Shown: positions 20,635 through 32,551 of the stretch, piece after piece
Layout of the letters: every line of letters begins with the position of its first letter
Position numbering within the stretch: position 1 is the first letter of the stretch
Assembly: GCA_963849955.1 (NCBI GenBank)
Contig: CAWKJU010000009.1
Coordinates: forward strand, 247,531 to 311,530
Length of the DNA: 64,000 nucleotides
Direction of reading: 5' to 3'
DNA from: an uncultured Cytophagales bacterium
GTDB taxonomy: Bacteria; Bacteroidota; Bacteroidia; Cytophagales; JAAEPT01
Notes under the pieces: model-generated
Database searches by the model: none
What the model saw: the letters and a program-made list of their open reading frames with translations, nothing else
What the model was told of the DNA's origin: nothing
Made by a program: the position numbers and the translations under genes

Positions 20635-23600
20635 TTAAATCACTTCTTTACCCATTAGGTTACCATAACGATGATAGCTGTAAGAAATACTTTGTTCCGT
20701 CAGGTAATTTAACAATTCAAAGCGACCACTGGCTTTTGGGGCATATCCATATAAGTGAATGGTTTGGTCATGTGCTTTTTTCAAGACAGATTCGTCAATG
20801 CGTGTTTTATTGAGCGCTCGAATTACGATCTTATTGCTGAAGTAGTTAGTTAGTTCGTCCCATGACTTCAGTTTTTCTTTTGGCGCATCGGGGAACCCTT
20901 CCAGTACTTCTGGATTATCCGTATGCAAAATAGTCATTGGTATTGCTAAGGTTTTACAAGCAAGCTGAACCAACCACAAGTCATTTTCGGTGACTTCGCT
21001 GTCAACAGTTACCACCACTTGATCTGGCTTTAAATACCTACTCGTGTTATACTCTCCTCGAACGTGCGAATAATCTATCTCTCTTGAAAAATGTTCATCA
21101 TACCATTTTTTAAAGTTCTTTTCAGCATAGGCTAACTCCGATCCTGAATCAACTTGAACGGCAGATTTAAGAAACTGTGTCACATAATTCAACCCTCCTG
21201 CTTTCATACCAAAGCCAAAACACGAGGCTTTCATTCCTCCAAACGGTTGACGTTGTACAATTGCCCCTGTAGTTGATCGGTTGATGTACAAGTTACCAGC
21301 CATAATGGTGTTTTTCCATTTGGTGATTTCATCTTCATCCAACGATTCTAATCCTGATGTTAAACCGTAATCCAGGTCATTAACTAATTTCATGGCCTGA
21401 TTTAAGTTCTTGGCTTTCATAACACTTAAAACAGGACCAAACAACTCATTAGAGTATTCAAAATCCTCTGTTGTAATTCCCCACTTTATACCCGGAGTCA
21501 TGAACTGACCATCAACAGTCGGTTTTACTAACCATTGGCTATCGGGTGTTTCTTTAAGCGATTTTTGTATTTTTTCGTTAGGAGCCATAGCTAAAGGTCC
21601 AATCACTGAATCCAATTCATACGGTGAACCAACTTTTCTACTTTCTAAACCATCTTTTAAGAGTTTCTTAAAGTGGGCATCGTTAAACACATCCTCCTCT
21701 AAAATTAATAAGGAAGTAGCGGAACACTTTTGCCCTGCATTGCCAAAGGCAGAGTGCAAGACGTGTTTGATTACCTGATCATAATCAGAAAGCGAACTAA
21801 CTATGGTTGCATTTTTACCACCCGTTTCGGCAAATAAATTTAAGTGGGGGTTTCTCTTTAAAAGGAACTTCGCTGTATCGGTTCCACCCGTTAAAATCAC
21901 AGCACTAAAGGTATCTCCTTCCGCCAAAAATTCATCCAGAACCGATTCGTCAGTAGGTAAAAATGCTAAGGCGCTTTTTGGAATTCCTGCACGCCATAAA
22001 CATTGGCACATGACATAAGAACACGCTGCAGCATTCATTGAAGGTTTCAAAATGACAGTATTACCTGTTACTAACGAAGCTAACACCCCACCTGCTGAAA
22101 TTGCCACTGGGAAATTCCAAGGTGAAAGTACTAAATTCATCCCTCTACTCTCGTAGGTTTGATTACTTTCATCCAACAACTTCTCCATCGAATAGGCATA
22201 AAAATTAGCAAAATCTACTGCCTCAGAAATCTCAGGATCAAGCTCACGTATTAATTTACCTACTTCTTCCATGCCCACCCCGATAAGGTCTCCACGTTGC
22301 TTTTGAAGTTCTAAAGCCGCATTTCGAATGATTGTAACTCGTTCACGTGGAGTAAGATCCAACCACGTTGACTCTTTTGCATCTTCAATTACTTTTCTGT
22401 AATCGTCCGCGTCCGCTAATTCATATTCCCATGCGGTTTTACCTTGCCAATTTTCTAATCTAATTTTTTTACGCTCTTTCTGGTCAACACTTCCCACAAT
22501 TGGCACATAGCTTTCACCATTGATTGTAGGTGTACCTTGCCATTTTTTGATAACGGATTTAATCCACTCCTGATTTTGAGGTAAAATCCAATCGGTATCG
22601 GGTGTGTTTTCAAATGTTCGATCTGCTTGAATAGTTTCAACCTCGTTCGCTCTGTCTTGCTGTCTTCGAGGTTTGTCAAGGACGTCTCCAATACCGTAAT
22701 ATGACTCTAAAAATGAGCTTTGAAGACTTTCCCATTTACGACTGTCGGTCGGTAACTGGAATCCTTCTTTCAGATAATTTCCATCCTGCGTACCTTCATC
22801 TAATCGTCTAACTAAATAAGCAATAGCACTCATGTACTGTTTTTTGTCGACTACGGGGGTGTACAACAAGACACTCCCGCCAAGGTCTTGTACCTCTTTC
22901 ACCAAGTTCCCTGCCATGCCTTCTAACATCTCAATGTCCACAGCATCCTCTATATTTTGCTCTTTAGCTAATGTTAGAGCAAAGGCGATATCGAAAACAT
23001 TGTGCGAAGCAACACCCACATGAATACTTTTACATGAATAGCTTGTTAGCAAACGCAAGAGCATTTTTTTATAGTTGGAGTCAGTATCAATCTTGCGGTC
23101 ATAGGTCACCAGGGACCAACCTTGGGTGGAGGCTTCTGTTTTTTCCATTTCCATGTTGGCCCCTTTCACTACTCTAATTTTTATAGGTGCACCACCATCT
23201 TCTACCCGCTTAGCTGCCCATTCCTGGATTTTAATTAACCAATCATATGAATCGGGTAAATAGGCTTGTAACACAATTCCTGCATACAGGTTTTTATATT
23301 TATCCAAAGAAAGCGTCTCAATGAAAGCATCCACCGTTAGCGAGAGGTCGCGGTACTCTTCCATGTCCAAATTCACAAACTTCCACTCCCCTGTTTTTTC
23401 GTGAATAGTTATTAATTCATCGTATAATATGGACAACCTATTAATGAGTTCGTTCAGTGTCTCTTGATGAGCCAATGGTTCTATTTGAGAATAAATAGTT
23501 GAAATTTTAACCGACACATAGTTTACCGACTTACTGCGCAATAAATCGATGTATTGTTGAATCCGTAATTCTGCTTCCTCTTTCCCTAATAATGCTTCTC

Positions 23601-24039
23601 CAATTAAGTTAATGTTGGAGGCTACGTTTTGTGATTTTCTTTTTTTGATATGCTTGTGAAAAAGGTCGCTATCCTTTTCAAACACAATGTTTTCTGATAC
23701 GTCTCTTATTTGACTACGCATTAGTGGAATACTGACCTGTGGTACTAAATAACCCACCATCCGATAGACACGAACTAAGGCAAATTCTGTATCGGTAAAA
23801 AGCACGCGAAACTTCACTTTCGATTCAAACATCCGTTTGACAAAATCTGCTACTTTTGAAAGATTAGATGATCTAAAGGTGACATCCATCAAATGAATTA
23901 AAAAGGTTTTTGCTTTCGGGTAATTTAAAAGGGGTTTTAATCGTTTTGAAAAAGTAGTTGCATCACTTTTCTTTAAACTGCTCTCCTGAAGTCGCTTTGC
24001 TAGCGTTAACGTTTTTTCTATTGTCTCATTTCTCTCCAT
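20635..24039 (-). CDS. putA: bifunctional proline dehydrogenase / L-glutamate gamma-semialdehyde dehydrogenase PutA
   Basis: 1134 aa with an N-terminal PRODH barrel region and a C-terminal aldehyde dehydrogenase domain (FGNAGQKCSATS catalytic Cys; ELGGKN-like FAETGGKNA). Confidence 0.85.
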   Translation of the reverse strand: MERNETIEKTLTLAKRLQESSLKKSDATTFSKRLKPLLNYPKAKTFLIHLMDVTFRSSNLSKVADFVKRMFESKVKFRVLFTDTEFALVRVYRMVGYLVPQVSIPLMRSQIRDVSENIVFEKDSDLFHKHIKKRKSQNVASNINLIGEALLGKEEAELRIQQYIDLLRSKSVNYVSVKISTIYSQIEPLAHQETLNELINRLSILYDELITIHEKTGEWKFVNLDMEEYRDLSLTVDAFIETLSLDKYKNLYAGIVLQAYLPDSYDWLIKIQEWAAKRVEDGGAPIKIRVVKGANMEMEKTEASTQGWSLVTYDRKIDTDSNYKKMLLRLLTSYSCKSIHVGVASHNVFDIAFALTLAKEQNIEDAVDIEMLEGMAGNLVKEVQDLGGSVLLYTPVVDKKQYMSAIAYLVRRLDEGTQDGNYLKEGFQLPTDSRKWESLQSSFLESYYGIGDVLDKPRRQQDRANEVETIQADRTFENTPDTDWILPQNQEWIKSVIKKWQGTPTINGESYVPIVGSVDQKERKKIRLENWQGKTAWEYELADADDYRKVIEDAKESTWLDLTPRERVTIIRNAALELQKQRGDLIGVGMEEVGKLIRELDPEISEAVDFANFYAYSMEKLLDESNQTYESRGMNLVLSPWNFPVAISAGGVLASLVTGNTVILKPSMNAAACSYVMCQCLWRAGIPKSALAFLPTDESVLDEFLAEGDTFSAVILTGGTDTAKFLLKRNPHLNLFAETGGKNATIVSSLSDYDQVIKHVLHSAFGNAGQKCSATSLLILEEDVFNDAHFKKLLKDGLESRKVGSPYELDSVIGPLAMAPNEKIQKSLKETPDSQWLVKPTVDGQFMTPGIKWGITTEDFEYSNELFGPVLSVMKAKNLNQAMKLVNDLDYGLTSGLESLDEDEITKWKNTIMAGNLYINRSTTGAIVQRQPFGGMKASCFGFGMKAGGLNYVTQFLKSAVQVDSGSELAYAEKNFKKWYDEHFSREIDYSHVRGEYNTSRYLKPDQVVVTVDSEVTENDLWLVQLACKTLAIPMTILHTDNPEVLEGFPDAPKEKLKSWDELTNYFSNKIVIRALNKTRIDESVLKKAHDQTIHLYGYAPKASGRFELLNYLTEQSISYSYHRYGNLMGKEVI

Positions 24040-24274
24040 GCTTTATATTACGAAAAAATAATGCCCTAGACACGGCTAAAATGTGATAATATTCCACAAA
24101 ACCCTATTATCGACTACAAATGAAGGAGTTATACCGTACTCTAAAAAAATAGTCTTTTAGATATGTATTCTATTTGCATTATACTTCAACAAAAAAATCA
24201 CGATAATGCTCAACAATTCTATAATACGAGGATTTTATTCCACACATTTTGAATGAGTTAACAAAAAACAAACT

Positions 24275-25069
24275 ATGTATAAAGGTGTCTTAACAAAAAT
24301 GCGAACCGAGTTTATCTCACCTATTCACTATTACCTTGAATTAGGTGAAGATGAACTCCTCGTGAACGAATTATTAGGACTCAATATCCGCATAAATCTC
24401 GTAGGGTATCAGTGCCTGCATTGTGGTATGCACAAACCCATCTATCGCCAAGGGCATTGTTACGATTGTTTCTACAGCCAACCCCAAACCGCTGATTGGA
24501 TTATGCGGCCGGAGCTTTCAACTGCCCATCTTGATATTGAGGATCGAGATATTGCCTTTGAAAGACAGGTGCAACTTGCCCCCCACATTGTGTATTTGGC
24601 GTTGTCGAGTAATGTGAAAGTAGGTGTTACACGAAAAACACAAGTACCTACCCGATGGATAGATCAGGGTGCCGTTGCTGCTTTAGAAATTATCGAAGCC
24701 CCCAATCGTTATTTAGCGGGAATCGCAGAAGTAGCTTTAAAAAAGTTGATAGCGGACAAAACCAATTGGCGCAAGATGTTAAAAAACGAATTGGATAGCG
24801 ACAACCTGTTAGAACTGCGTGACACACTCTTAGAACATCTACCCGAAGAAGCACGACCTTATTTTTTAACGTCTAACACGAAGAAGTGGCAAATTGATTT
24901 TCCGGTGCACCGTTACCCACAAAAAATCAAATCCCTGAATTTGGCTAAAACCCCGGTTTTTGAAGGAACTTTAGCTGGGCTTAAAGCACAATATTTTATT
25001 TTTGAAGACGACACCGTATTTAATGTGAGAGGAAATGAAGGGGCAATAATTGAACTGACTTTGCTGTAG
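24275..25069 (+). CDS. hypothetical protein with zinc-ribbon-like Cys cluster (DUF2797-like)
   Basis: 264 aa with a CxxC...CxxC cluster (YQCLHCGMHKPIYRQGHCYDCF) near the N-terminus. Confidence 0.4.
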   Translation: MYKGVLTKMRTEFISPIHYYLELGEDELLVNELLGLNIRINLVGYQCLHCGMHKPIYRQGHCYDCFYSQPQTADWIMRPELSTAHLDIEDRDIAFERQVQLAPHIVYLALSSNVKVGVTRKTQVPTRWIDQGAVAALEIIEAPNRYLAGIAEVALKKLIADKTNWRKMLKNELDSDNLLELRDTLLEHLPEEARPYFLTSNTKKWQIDFPVHRYPQKIKSLNLAKTPVFEGTLAGLKAQYFIFEDDTVFNVRGNEGAIIELTLL

Positions 25070-25166
25070 AGAAGACCAAAACCAAATTAAAACAGCAGAA
25101 CCCTAGCCTCTGATATATTTTTCTTACCTTTCAGAGGTTAAACCCTAACATAAAATCAATTATAAT

Positions 25167-25994
25167 ATGCAAAAAATAAACATTCTAGTCATCGGTGCAG
25201 TAGTTATCATTATTACCCTCTTTTTGGTAGGTAACAGCCTGACTTTTCAAATCGAACCAGGTGAGGCAGGTGTTGCATACAAACCCTTGGCAGGTGGTAT
25301 CGACAGAGACAATGTGTACACCAAACAAGGGCTTCATTTTAAAATGCCCTGGAACAAAATCATCAAATACAATGTCAAACAACAGGATTTAAAAGAAACC
25401 ATTACAGCACTTTCTTCTAATGGTTTAACTATCTCTTTAGAGTTGACATTGTGGTATCGTCTAATTCCTAATGAAATTGGTTACTTACATGAAGAAAAAG
25501 GTAAAATGTATGAAACAGAATATATAGTACCTGCCATCCGTGCGTCTGGTAGAACAGCCATTGGGAAATACATTCCGGAAGAACTTTACTCTACGAAAAA
25601 AGATGCTGTCATTGAATTGATTCGTTCTGAAACCAAGAAGATTCTTGAAAAGCGCCATATCATTTTAGAAGAAGTACTGATTAGAGACATCAAATTACCA
25701 GCTGGTCTTTCTCAGTCGATTGAACAAAAACTGCAAGCAGAACAAGCTACACAGCGAGCAAGAGAGGAAGCTGAGCGTTTAATAATCCAAGCTCGAGCAG
25801 ATTCTACTGCTAAAATGATTGGTGCAACCACTGCTGCCGCTGCCAACCGCGCCATCAATGCCAGTTTGAACGACAACTTGATAAAATGGAAAGGTATTGA
25901 AGCAACGATGAAATTAGCTGAATCTCCCAATGCTAAAGTGGTGGTAATTGGAAACTCTAAAAATGGCTTACCGCTTATTTTAGGAGATAAATAA
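25167..25994 (+). CDS. SPFH/band-7 (prohibitin/HflC-like) membrane protein
   Basis: 275 aa with an N-terminal TM segment, an SPFH core, and an Ala/Glu/Arg-rich coiled-coil tail (QAEQATQRAREEAERLIIQARAD). Confidence 0.7.
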   Translation: MQKINILVIGAVVIIITLFLVGNSLTFQIEPGEAGVAYKPLAGGIDRDNVYTKQGLHFKMPWNKIIKYNVKQQDLKETITALSSNGLTISLELTLWYRLIPNEIGYLHEEKGKMYETEYIVPAIRASGRTAIGKYIPEELYSTKKDAVIELIRSETKKILEKRHIILEEVLIRDIKLPAGLSQSIEQKLQAEQATQRAREEAERLIIQARADSTAKMIGATTAAAANRAINASLNDNLIKWKGIEATMKLAESPNAKVVVIGNSKNGLPLILGDK

Positions 25995-26010
25995 AACCGT
26001 TTTCATTCAT

Positions 26011-26358
26011 TTGAATCAAATCAATTACCATAACAAACGATTTAAGTCTGTTTCGAATACGCCCAATGGTGAAGTTTCGGAGCAGACTTTTTTTACTTAT
26101 TACCAGGATGGAAATAAACTTTCCGGAGTATATGCTGGAGGTGATATTGTGAGCGGTAAACTGGTAGGTTCGATTCAACCCAATGGCAAATTGCATTTTT
26201 CATACAAACACCAAAACACTGCAGGGGAAACCAAGGAAGGGAAATGCATCTCCACTCCCACTCGATTAGCTGATGGAAGGATGCAACTACATGAAAAATG
26301 GCAATGGACGACTGGTGACCGTTCCAGTGGTGAATCGGTGGTTGAGGAGGTTATTTGA
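26011..26358 (+). CDS. hypothetical protein
   Basis: 115-aa ORF directly after the SPFH gene with no diagnostic motif. The start is uncertain. Confidence 0.35.
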   Translation: MNQINYHNKRFKSVSNTPNGEVSEQTFFTYYQDGNKLSGVYAGGDIVSGKLVGSIQPNGKLHFSYKHQNTAGETKEGKCISTPTRLADGRMQLHEKWQWTTGDRSSGESVVEEVI

Positions 26359-26605
26359 TTTTTTAATAACATAAGCCTTAATTATTTAAACTTTCATCAA
26401 CAACCTAGTGATAATCATTAGATAGATTGTAAATTTCACAACATACTTGTTTTCAAGACACTGATTGTATTATCTTTGCATCAATAATAATAAACAGATG
26501 ATACAAGTAAATATTTATCACATACCAACTGATTCAGGAGAATTCCTGAGAATAAAGGGTATTTACTGTTTACAACCGAATTAGAATAAATCTACTTTCA
26601 ATAAG

Positions 26606-26642
26606 AAAAGGTTCGGGTGTTCACATTCGAACCTTTTTTGTT
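26606..26642 (+). terminator. rho-independent terminator-like hairpin in intergenic region
   Basis: The sequence aaaggttcg-ggtgttcacatt-cgaaccttt is followed by TTTTG. No annotated upstream CDS is close, which suggests a small transcript. Confidence 0.5.
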
Positions 26643-26769
26643 GGGTTAAAAACAATACGACTATGCAAAATTTCAATTATCACAAAACGGAAATTGGCCA
26701 ATTTATTGACCATAGGTCGGATTTTATGAGTTTCAGTTAACCTTTCTCTTTGAAAAGTTAAACTTCTTA

Positions 26770-26800
26770 TAAGCCCGACCAATTAGGTTGGGCTTTTTTA
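26770..26800 (+). terminator. second intergenic terminator-like hairpin
   Basis: The sequence aagcccgacc-aatta-ggttgggctt is followed by TTTTATT. Confidence 0.5.
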
Positions 26801-26845
26801 TTAGCCCACAAATTAAAATAATGAGATGAGCAGCAATGCTAACGG

Positions 26846-27478
26846 GTGGGTGAAATAGTGACTCTCGCATGTTGCGGAGATCAGGGAATGTCTCATAAAA
26901 AATTAAAAAACAAGAAAATGTACACTGATACAGATATATATTACGATGAAGAACGAATTCTTCAAGCAAAAGACCTGATAAGTGATTGGGAGAATGTAAA
27001 AGCAAAACGAGTATTGGAAGAAATACTTCAAGACGACCCTTTATGTGAAACTGCCCACTACTTATTGGGTTGGATTTATGATCATCGTTATGATGAGGCA
27101 AAAGAAGCTTTACATTATTATCATAACGCGATTAAAATCAATCCGCATTATTATGAAGCCTTAGCTGATTTCACTAAGCTTTTGAATGAAGAAGGAAAGC
27201 CAAAGTTAGTGCTTAAGTATGGTGAAAAAGCTGTTGCCAGATGTTCAAAATTTCAAAACTATATTCATTTTGAAATGATTTTGGCTTATGAAAAACTGAA
27301 GCAATTTGAAAAAGCTATTTCAGAAATAATAGTACTCAAATTCAAAACTACTGATGATAGTTTATTGGAAGAACTAGATAAAGTAGAAACACGAGTTATT
27401 TCTAAATTGGAATTAAAAAACCAAGAGAGCATACCAAAAATCAACGATTGGAATATTCAATTTGTGAATACTACATAA
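26846..27478 (+). CDS. tetratricopeptide-repeat protein
   Basis: 210 aa. TPR helices are present (AHYLLGWIYDHRYDEAKEALHYYHNAIKINPHYYEALADF). The true start is probably an internal Met (MSHKK or MYTDTD). Confidence 0.5.
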   Translation: MGEIVTLACCGDQGMSHKKLKNKKMYTDTDIYYDEERILQAKDLISDWENVKAKRVLEEILQDDPLCETAHYLLGWIYDHRYDEAKEALHYYHNAIKINPHYYEALADFTKLLNEEGKPKLVLKYGEKAVARCSKFQNYIHFEMILAYEKLKQFEKAISEIIVLKFKTTDDSLLEELDKVETRVISKLELKNQESIPKINDWNIQFVNTT

Positions 27479-27534
27479 AAAAAGGGTGCGGTACAAAATA
27501 CAAAAACTTAAAAAGCACTTACTTTAAATATGAT

Positions 27535-27569
27535 AAAAACCTCAATTCATAGCGAATTGAGGTTTTTAA

Positions 27570-27570
<1 letters not shown>
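27535..27570. terminator. bidirectional terminator between TPR gene and rtcB
   Basis: The sequence aaaacctcaattc-atagc-gaattgaggtttt is an 11-bp stem with flanking A/T runs. Confidence 0.7.
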
Positions 27571-28973
<1,403 letters not shown>

Positions 28974-28976
28974 TCA

Positions 28977-29561
28977 CTACTTCCAAAGCTGCCACCATTT
29001 TTTGGTTGATATTTCTTCAATTATTTCTGTTTTTATATTAGTAGCTGCTTTCATTTCAAAATATGGAAACTTACTTATTTCGAACCCTGGCATTTTAGAC
29101 TCTTCAATAGTAATTCTTATCAATAATTCTAGGGCATATTTTCTTAGATCACTTTTTAATTTATCAATTGGATCATTATTTCTTGACCAATAATCAAAAA
29201 CACCACTGCCTAGATAATGTAGTAGAGTACATTTATCGTAATCCCAATCATTAAAGTACCCCAAAGCTTTAGCGTGTAAAGTATCCTCTTTACCAATTGC
29301 TAAGACAGACAAATACGCTTTCGAACGCCATAGCTTTAACTCAGCTTCATCAAGAAATGGAGTCACGATTTTTGTAAACTCATAAACAGCACCACTCCTT
29401 TTGTAGTCAAATGTAAACAGCGACAGATTTAACTCATTCTCTAAATCTTCAACTAACTCTGTTTGTGTATATAACCATGATTCAAATTCATCTATGGGTA
29501 TAGTTTCTGATATTGCCCCAAACAGATATTCCTTTAGTTCTTTCTTAATTTCCATACCCAA
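28977..29561 (-). CDS. hypothetical acidic protein co-transcribed with rtcB
   Basis: 194-aa ORF, 21 nt upstream of rtcB on the same strand, with no motif recognised. Confidence 0.4.
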   Translation of the reverse strand: MGMEIKKELKEYLFGAISETIPIDEFESWLYTQTELVEDLENELNLSLFTFDYKRSGAVYEFTKIVTPFLDEAELKLWRSKAYLSVLAIGKEDTLHAKALGYFNDWDYDKCTLLHYLGSGVFDYWSRNNDPIDKLKSDLRKYALELLIRITIEESKMPGFEISKFPYFEMKAATNIKTEIIEEISTKKWWQLWK

Positions 29562-29575
29562 AGATGAAATCCACC

Positions 29576-29595
29576 TACGCAGTCTTTTTGCGTAG
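29576..29595. repeat. 20-nt hairpin motif tacgcagtctttttgcgtag (copy 1 of 2; copy 2 at 33498-33517)
   Basis: This is an exact 20-nt repeat. It is an inverted repeat tacgca/tgcgta around gtcttttt. Both copies are followed by a related AAtTTATTT tract. Copy 1 fills the 40-bp gap between the NTase and hypothetical genes. Confidence 0.6.
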
Positions 29596-29601
29596 ATAAA
29601 T

Positions 29602-30654
29602 TTATTTGTAAATTTCTTTTCGAAAGTTTACTAAAGCATCTTCTAGTTCTTCTTTATTTGTTCTTTCTGGTAACTGACTAGATTCATAGGCTTTTTCCAT
29701 TGAGCTTATTTTTTCTTCTGCCATTTCAAGAAGGTGATTGTATTCAAATTCTCCAGAACGAATTTTTAGTAAGAAATCACGGTCGCTTCGTTTAACAAAA
29801 ACCTCCCCTTCACGAGCTATTTCATCTGCCATTGTTAGTAATCGAAAAGTGTGCATCATGTTTTTTGAATCGTAGTTTTTACCATGGCCAATTGTATTTT
29901 CATAACGCGCTTCATTTCTTCTATCAACCCAATCCCAATATTCTTTATACTCTTTACAATAAGTAGAATATCCAGACTGATTAAAGGATAAAAGTGCCTC
30001 TGGTTCTACATCACTTTCTACAGAACTGAGTGATACTTCATTGGCTTCCGCCTTTTGAATAATACCTTTGTACTGCTTTGTTTTACTATGGTACAACGCA
30101 TATACCTCATTCAAACGGGGTATTTTACTCAAACCACAATCAGATTGATCCCATCCTTTTATGACCAAGAATTTATTCAATGAAACCGAACCTTGGTGAA
30201 GAGGTACATAACAAAAGTCAAGCACCGACTTACGCTCTTTCTCCATAGGATTTAACACCTTCTTGTTTAACCCTTTTGCTTTACGAATTTGAGTGATGGC
30301 ATAACCTGCAAACGTGTTTTTACATTCTTTTGTCAAATACCATTCTTTCTTAATCGAGTTAAATAGTGGATGTTTTGTTAGTACTGACTCTTTTGAGGTA
30401 TGTAATAGTTCTATCATCGTGGGGTTGCTTTTTGCTAACAACTCGAAAAAGCGTCCTAATTCAGTGTATGATTCATCGTTAGAATCATTACTAATTTGGT
30501 CTATTGAAGAAAAACCATAAAAGCGGAGTTTCGGTAGATAGAAAACACCTCTTTTATCGGTATCTGATGTAGTAGTTGATAAACCGTAAGCTCTACTCCC
30601 ACTAATACAGTCGAGCAACAGTAAACGCTCTTTTTTTAATGTTCTAATATCCAT
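29602..30654 (-). CDS. minimal pol-beta-superfamily nucleotidyltransferase, paralog B (350 aa)
   Basis: Its N-terminal hG[GS]xxxG...[ST]DxD signature is ISGSRAYGLSTTTSDTDKRGVF, and it has a helical C-terminal extension. It overlaps the upstream NTase gene by 19 nt. Confidence 0.6.
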   Translation of the reverse strand: MDIRTLKKERLLLLDCISGSRAYGLSTTTSDTDKRGVFYLPKLRFYGFSSIDQISNDSNDESYTELGRFFELLAKSNPTMIELLHTSKESVLTKHPLFNSIKKEWYLTKECKNTFAGYAITQIRKAKGLNKKVLNPMEKERKSVLDFCYVPLHQGSVSLNKFLVIKGWDQSDCGLSKIPRLNEVYALYHSKTKQYKGIIQKAEANEVSLSSVESDVEPEALLSFNQSGYSTYCKEYKEYWDWVDRRNEARYENTIGHGKNYDSKNMMHTFRLLTMADEIAREGEVFVKRSDRDFLLKIRSGEFEYNHLLEMAEEKISSMEKAYESSQLPERTNKEELEDALVNFRKEIYK

Positions 30655-31394
30655 TTTCTAAACAGCTTATTTAATTGTTCAGTTTTTCCTTTTGGTTCAC
30701 AGCCCATGTGGATTATCTTATCTTCTATTTCTAAAATGGTTTTTGATAAGTAGCTATCCACCTTATTAAATCGATTGACCTCCAAAGCTTCACCATGTTT
30801 AGATTTTAATGACAACATTATATCTACCCATTCAATTAGTTTTTCATCGGTTAACAAGGTTCTCAAAACACCAAATTCCATTGGCGGAACCTCGCCTGTA
30901 GCTACAATCCACTTGGCAGCTAATGTTGATCGAAGTACATAGAAATATTTTTTGAGTTTGACCTTTTCTCCCATCACATACGCCTTCATAAAATTCTTAC
31001 TAAGCGAAAGGTAGTGATGAACTCCTGACAAAGGTCTGTAATACTCCTTTTCCAAATGCAACAAGTTATTTTTGAAACCTGACACCTCTTTATATATTAT
31101 AGGTGACCGTAATTTCTCATATAAACTAGCATTAGAACCTCGGAACAAACGCATCGTTTTCCGCAATTCCCAGCCAGCAAAATCCAACACTGCTCCTACA
31201 TCGGTAATTGTGTCTTTATCATCATCAATTTTTAAATACCAAGCTTCTGGATGTTTGTAAATAAACCGGACATCATAGTCGCTATCTAAAGATGGGAATC
31301 CCCATGCTCTGGAGCCAGACTCGCAGGCATTTAGCACTTCTACATGGTGTTTCTCTTCTATTTCTCTAAGTTTATTAGTTATCTCCGCTCTCAT
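30636..31394 (-). CDS. minimal pol-beta-superfamily nucleotidyltransferase, paralog A (252 aa)
   Basis: Its signature ESGSRAWGFPSLDSDYDVRFIY is clearly paralogous to the downstream 350-aa protein. Confidence 0.6.
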   Translation of the reverse strand: MRAEITNKLREIEEKHHVEVLNACESGSRAWGFPSLDSDYDVRFIYKHPEAWYLKIDDDKDTITDVGAVLDFAGWELRKTMRLFRGSNASLYEKLRSPIIYKEVSGFKNNLLHLEKEYYRPLSGVHHYLSLSKNFMKAYVMGEKVKLKKYFYVLRSTLAAKWIVATGEVPPMEFGVLRTLLTDEKLIEWVDIMLSLKSKHGEALEVNRFNKVDSYLSKTILEIEDKIIHMGCEPKGKTEQLNKLFRKWILEH

Positions 31395-31450
31395 GTTATC
31401 TCTCTATTTAAGGACTTAGTCCAAGTGAACTAAGCCCAAGTTTAAACCAG

Positions 31451-32551
31451 TTAAGAACCTGTAAACAATTGCTTCATCTGACCTAAGATTTGACTCCCGC
31501 CAGACACTGTTATTTCACCCACTTTTTCAGCGACCTTTTCTACGTATTCCATTTCTTTTAACTTGAACAACATGGCGTTTTCTTCCATTAATTTAGCTGT
31601 GTTCAACAAACTCCTTGTAGAAGCAGTCTCTTCACGCCTCATGATTGTATTTGCTTGTGCTTTTTTCTCAGCAATTAATACTTGATTCATGATGTCCTTT
31701 ACTTCACCTGGTAAGATGATATCCTTGATACCACCGCTTAACACTTGTACTCCCAAGATTGCTGCGCTGTCACGAACAGTTTCACCAATTTCAATGGCCA
31801 ACTCTTCTTTACGAGCCATTAATTCATCTAAGGTTAAGGATCCAATCGACACTCTAATAGCTAATTGAGTAATAACATATAATTGTTTTTCAAATTCTTT
31901 GTTATTCGTCAACGCCTTCATCACGTCTGTCACTTTATATTGTGAGAAGTAATTTACTCGAATGGCTGCTTTGTCCTTTGTTAAAATTTCTTGTCCGGAA
32001 ACTTCCATTTGCTGAACTCTCAAATCCACTTTGTTTAACTTGATTTGTTCAGCAGTTTTCCAAAAGAAGTAGGTACCGGCTTCTAACATGCGCTCCACTC
32101 GACCATCGACTTCCATTATTGCTCGTTCATACGACTCTACTACGTAAACCCGGACATATTCAAAGATTTCTCTTCGTGCCAATAATGCTTTTGAGATGTT
32201 TTCAGTAATCTCTTTTTTACTTAAATCGATGCGTGTGAAAGAATAGTTAATTAACCCTTTCCAGAAAGCATATTTACCTGTTTTTAATACAGCCGTAAAT
32301 TTTCCATCGTTATATTGAATCACGATTTCATCGTCCTTTACTTCTACCACGGTAACTAATTGCTCAAACTGTTTATTCCTCAATAAGAGCGTTAAATGAG
32401 CTTGAGAACTTGCTATTGGAGTATCCATATTAAATAACACTTCAGTTTCATTAAAGCCTATCCAATACACACCTTCTGTTAAAACACGGTTTAAATCACC
32501 GTATTTATACACCATGGCAACTTTTCCTGCATTTACTCTTACTCTTTTCAT
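31451..32551 (-). CDS. SPFH/band-7 (stomatin/flotillin-like) protein
   Basis: 366 aa with an SPFH core (QEILTKDKAAIRVNYFSQYKV ... IRVSIGSLTLDELMARKEEL ... GVQVLSGGIKDIILPGEVKD) and a C-terminal coiled coil. It is the first gene of the rtcB cassette. Confidence 0.65.
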   Translation of the reverse strand: MKRVRVNAGKVAMVYKYGDLNRVLTEGVYWIGFNETEVLFNMDTPIASSQAHLTLLLRNKQFEQLVTVVEVKDDEIVIQYNDGKFTAVLKTGKYAFWKGLINYSFTRIDLSKKEITENISKALLARREIFEYVRVYVVESYERAIMEVDGRVERMLEAGTYFFWKTAEQIKLNKVDLRVQQMEVSGQEILTKDKAAIRVNYFSQYKVTDVMKALTNNKEFEKQLYVITQLAIRVSIGSLTLDELMARKEELAIEIGETVRDSAAILGVQVLSGGIKDIILPGEVKDIMNQVLIAEKKAQANTIMRREETASTRSLLNTAKLMEENAMLFKLKEMEYVEKVAEKVGEITVSGGSQILGQMKQLFTGS

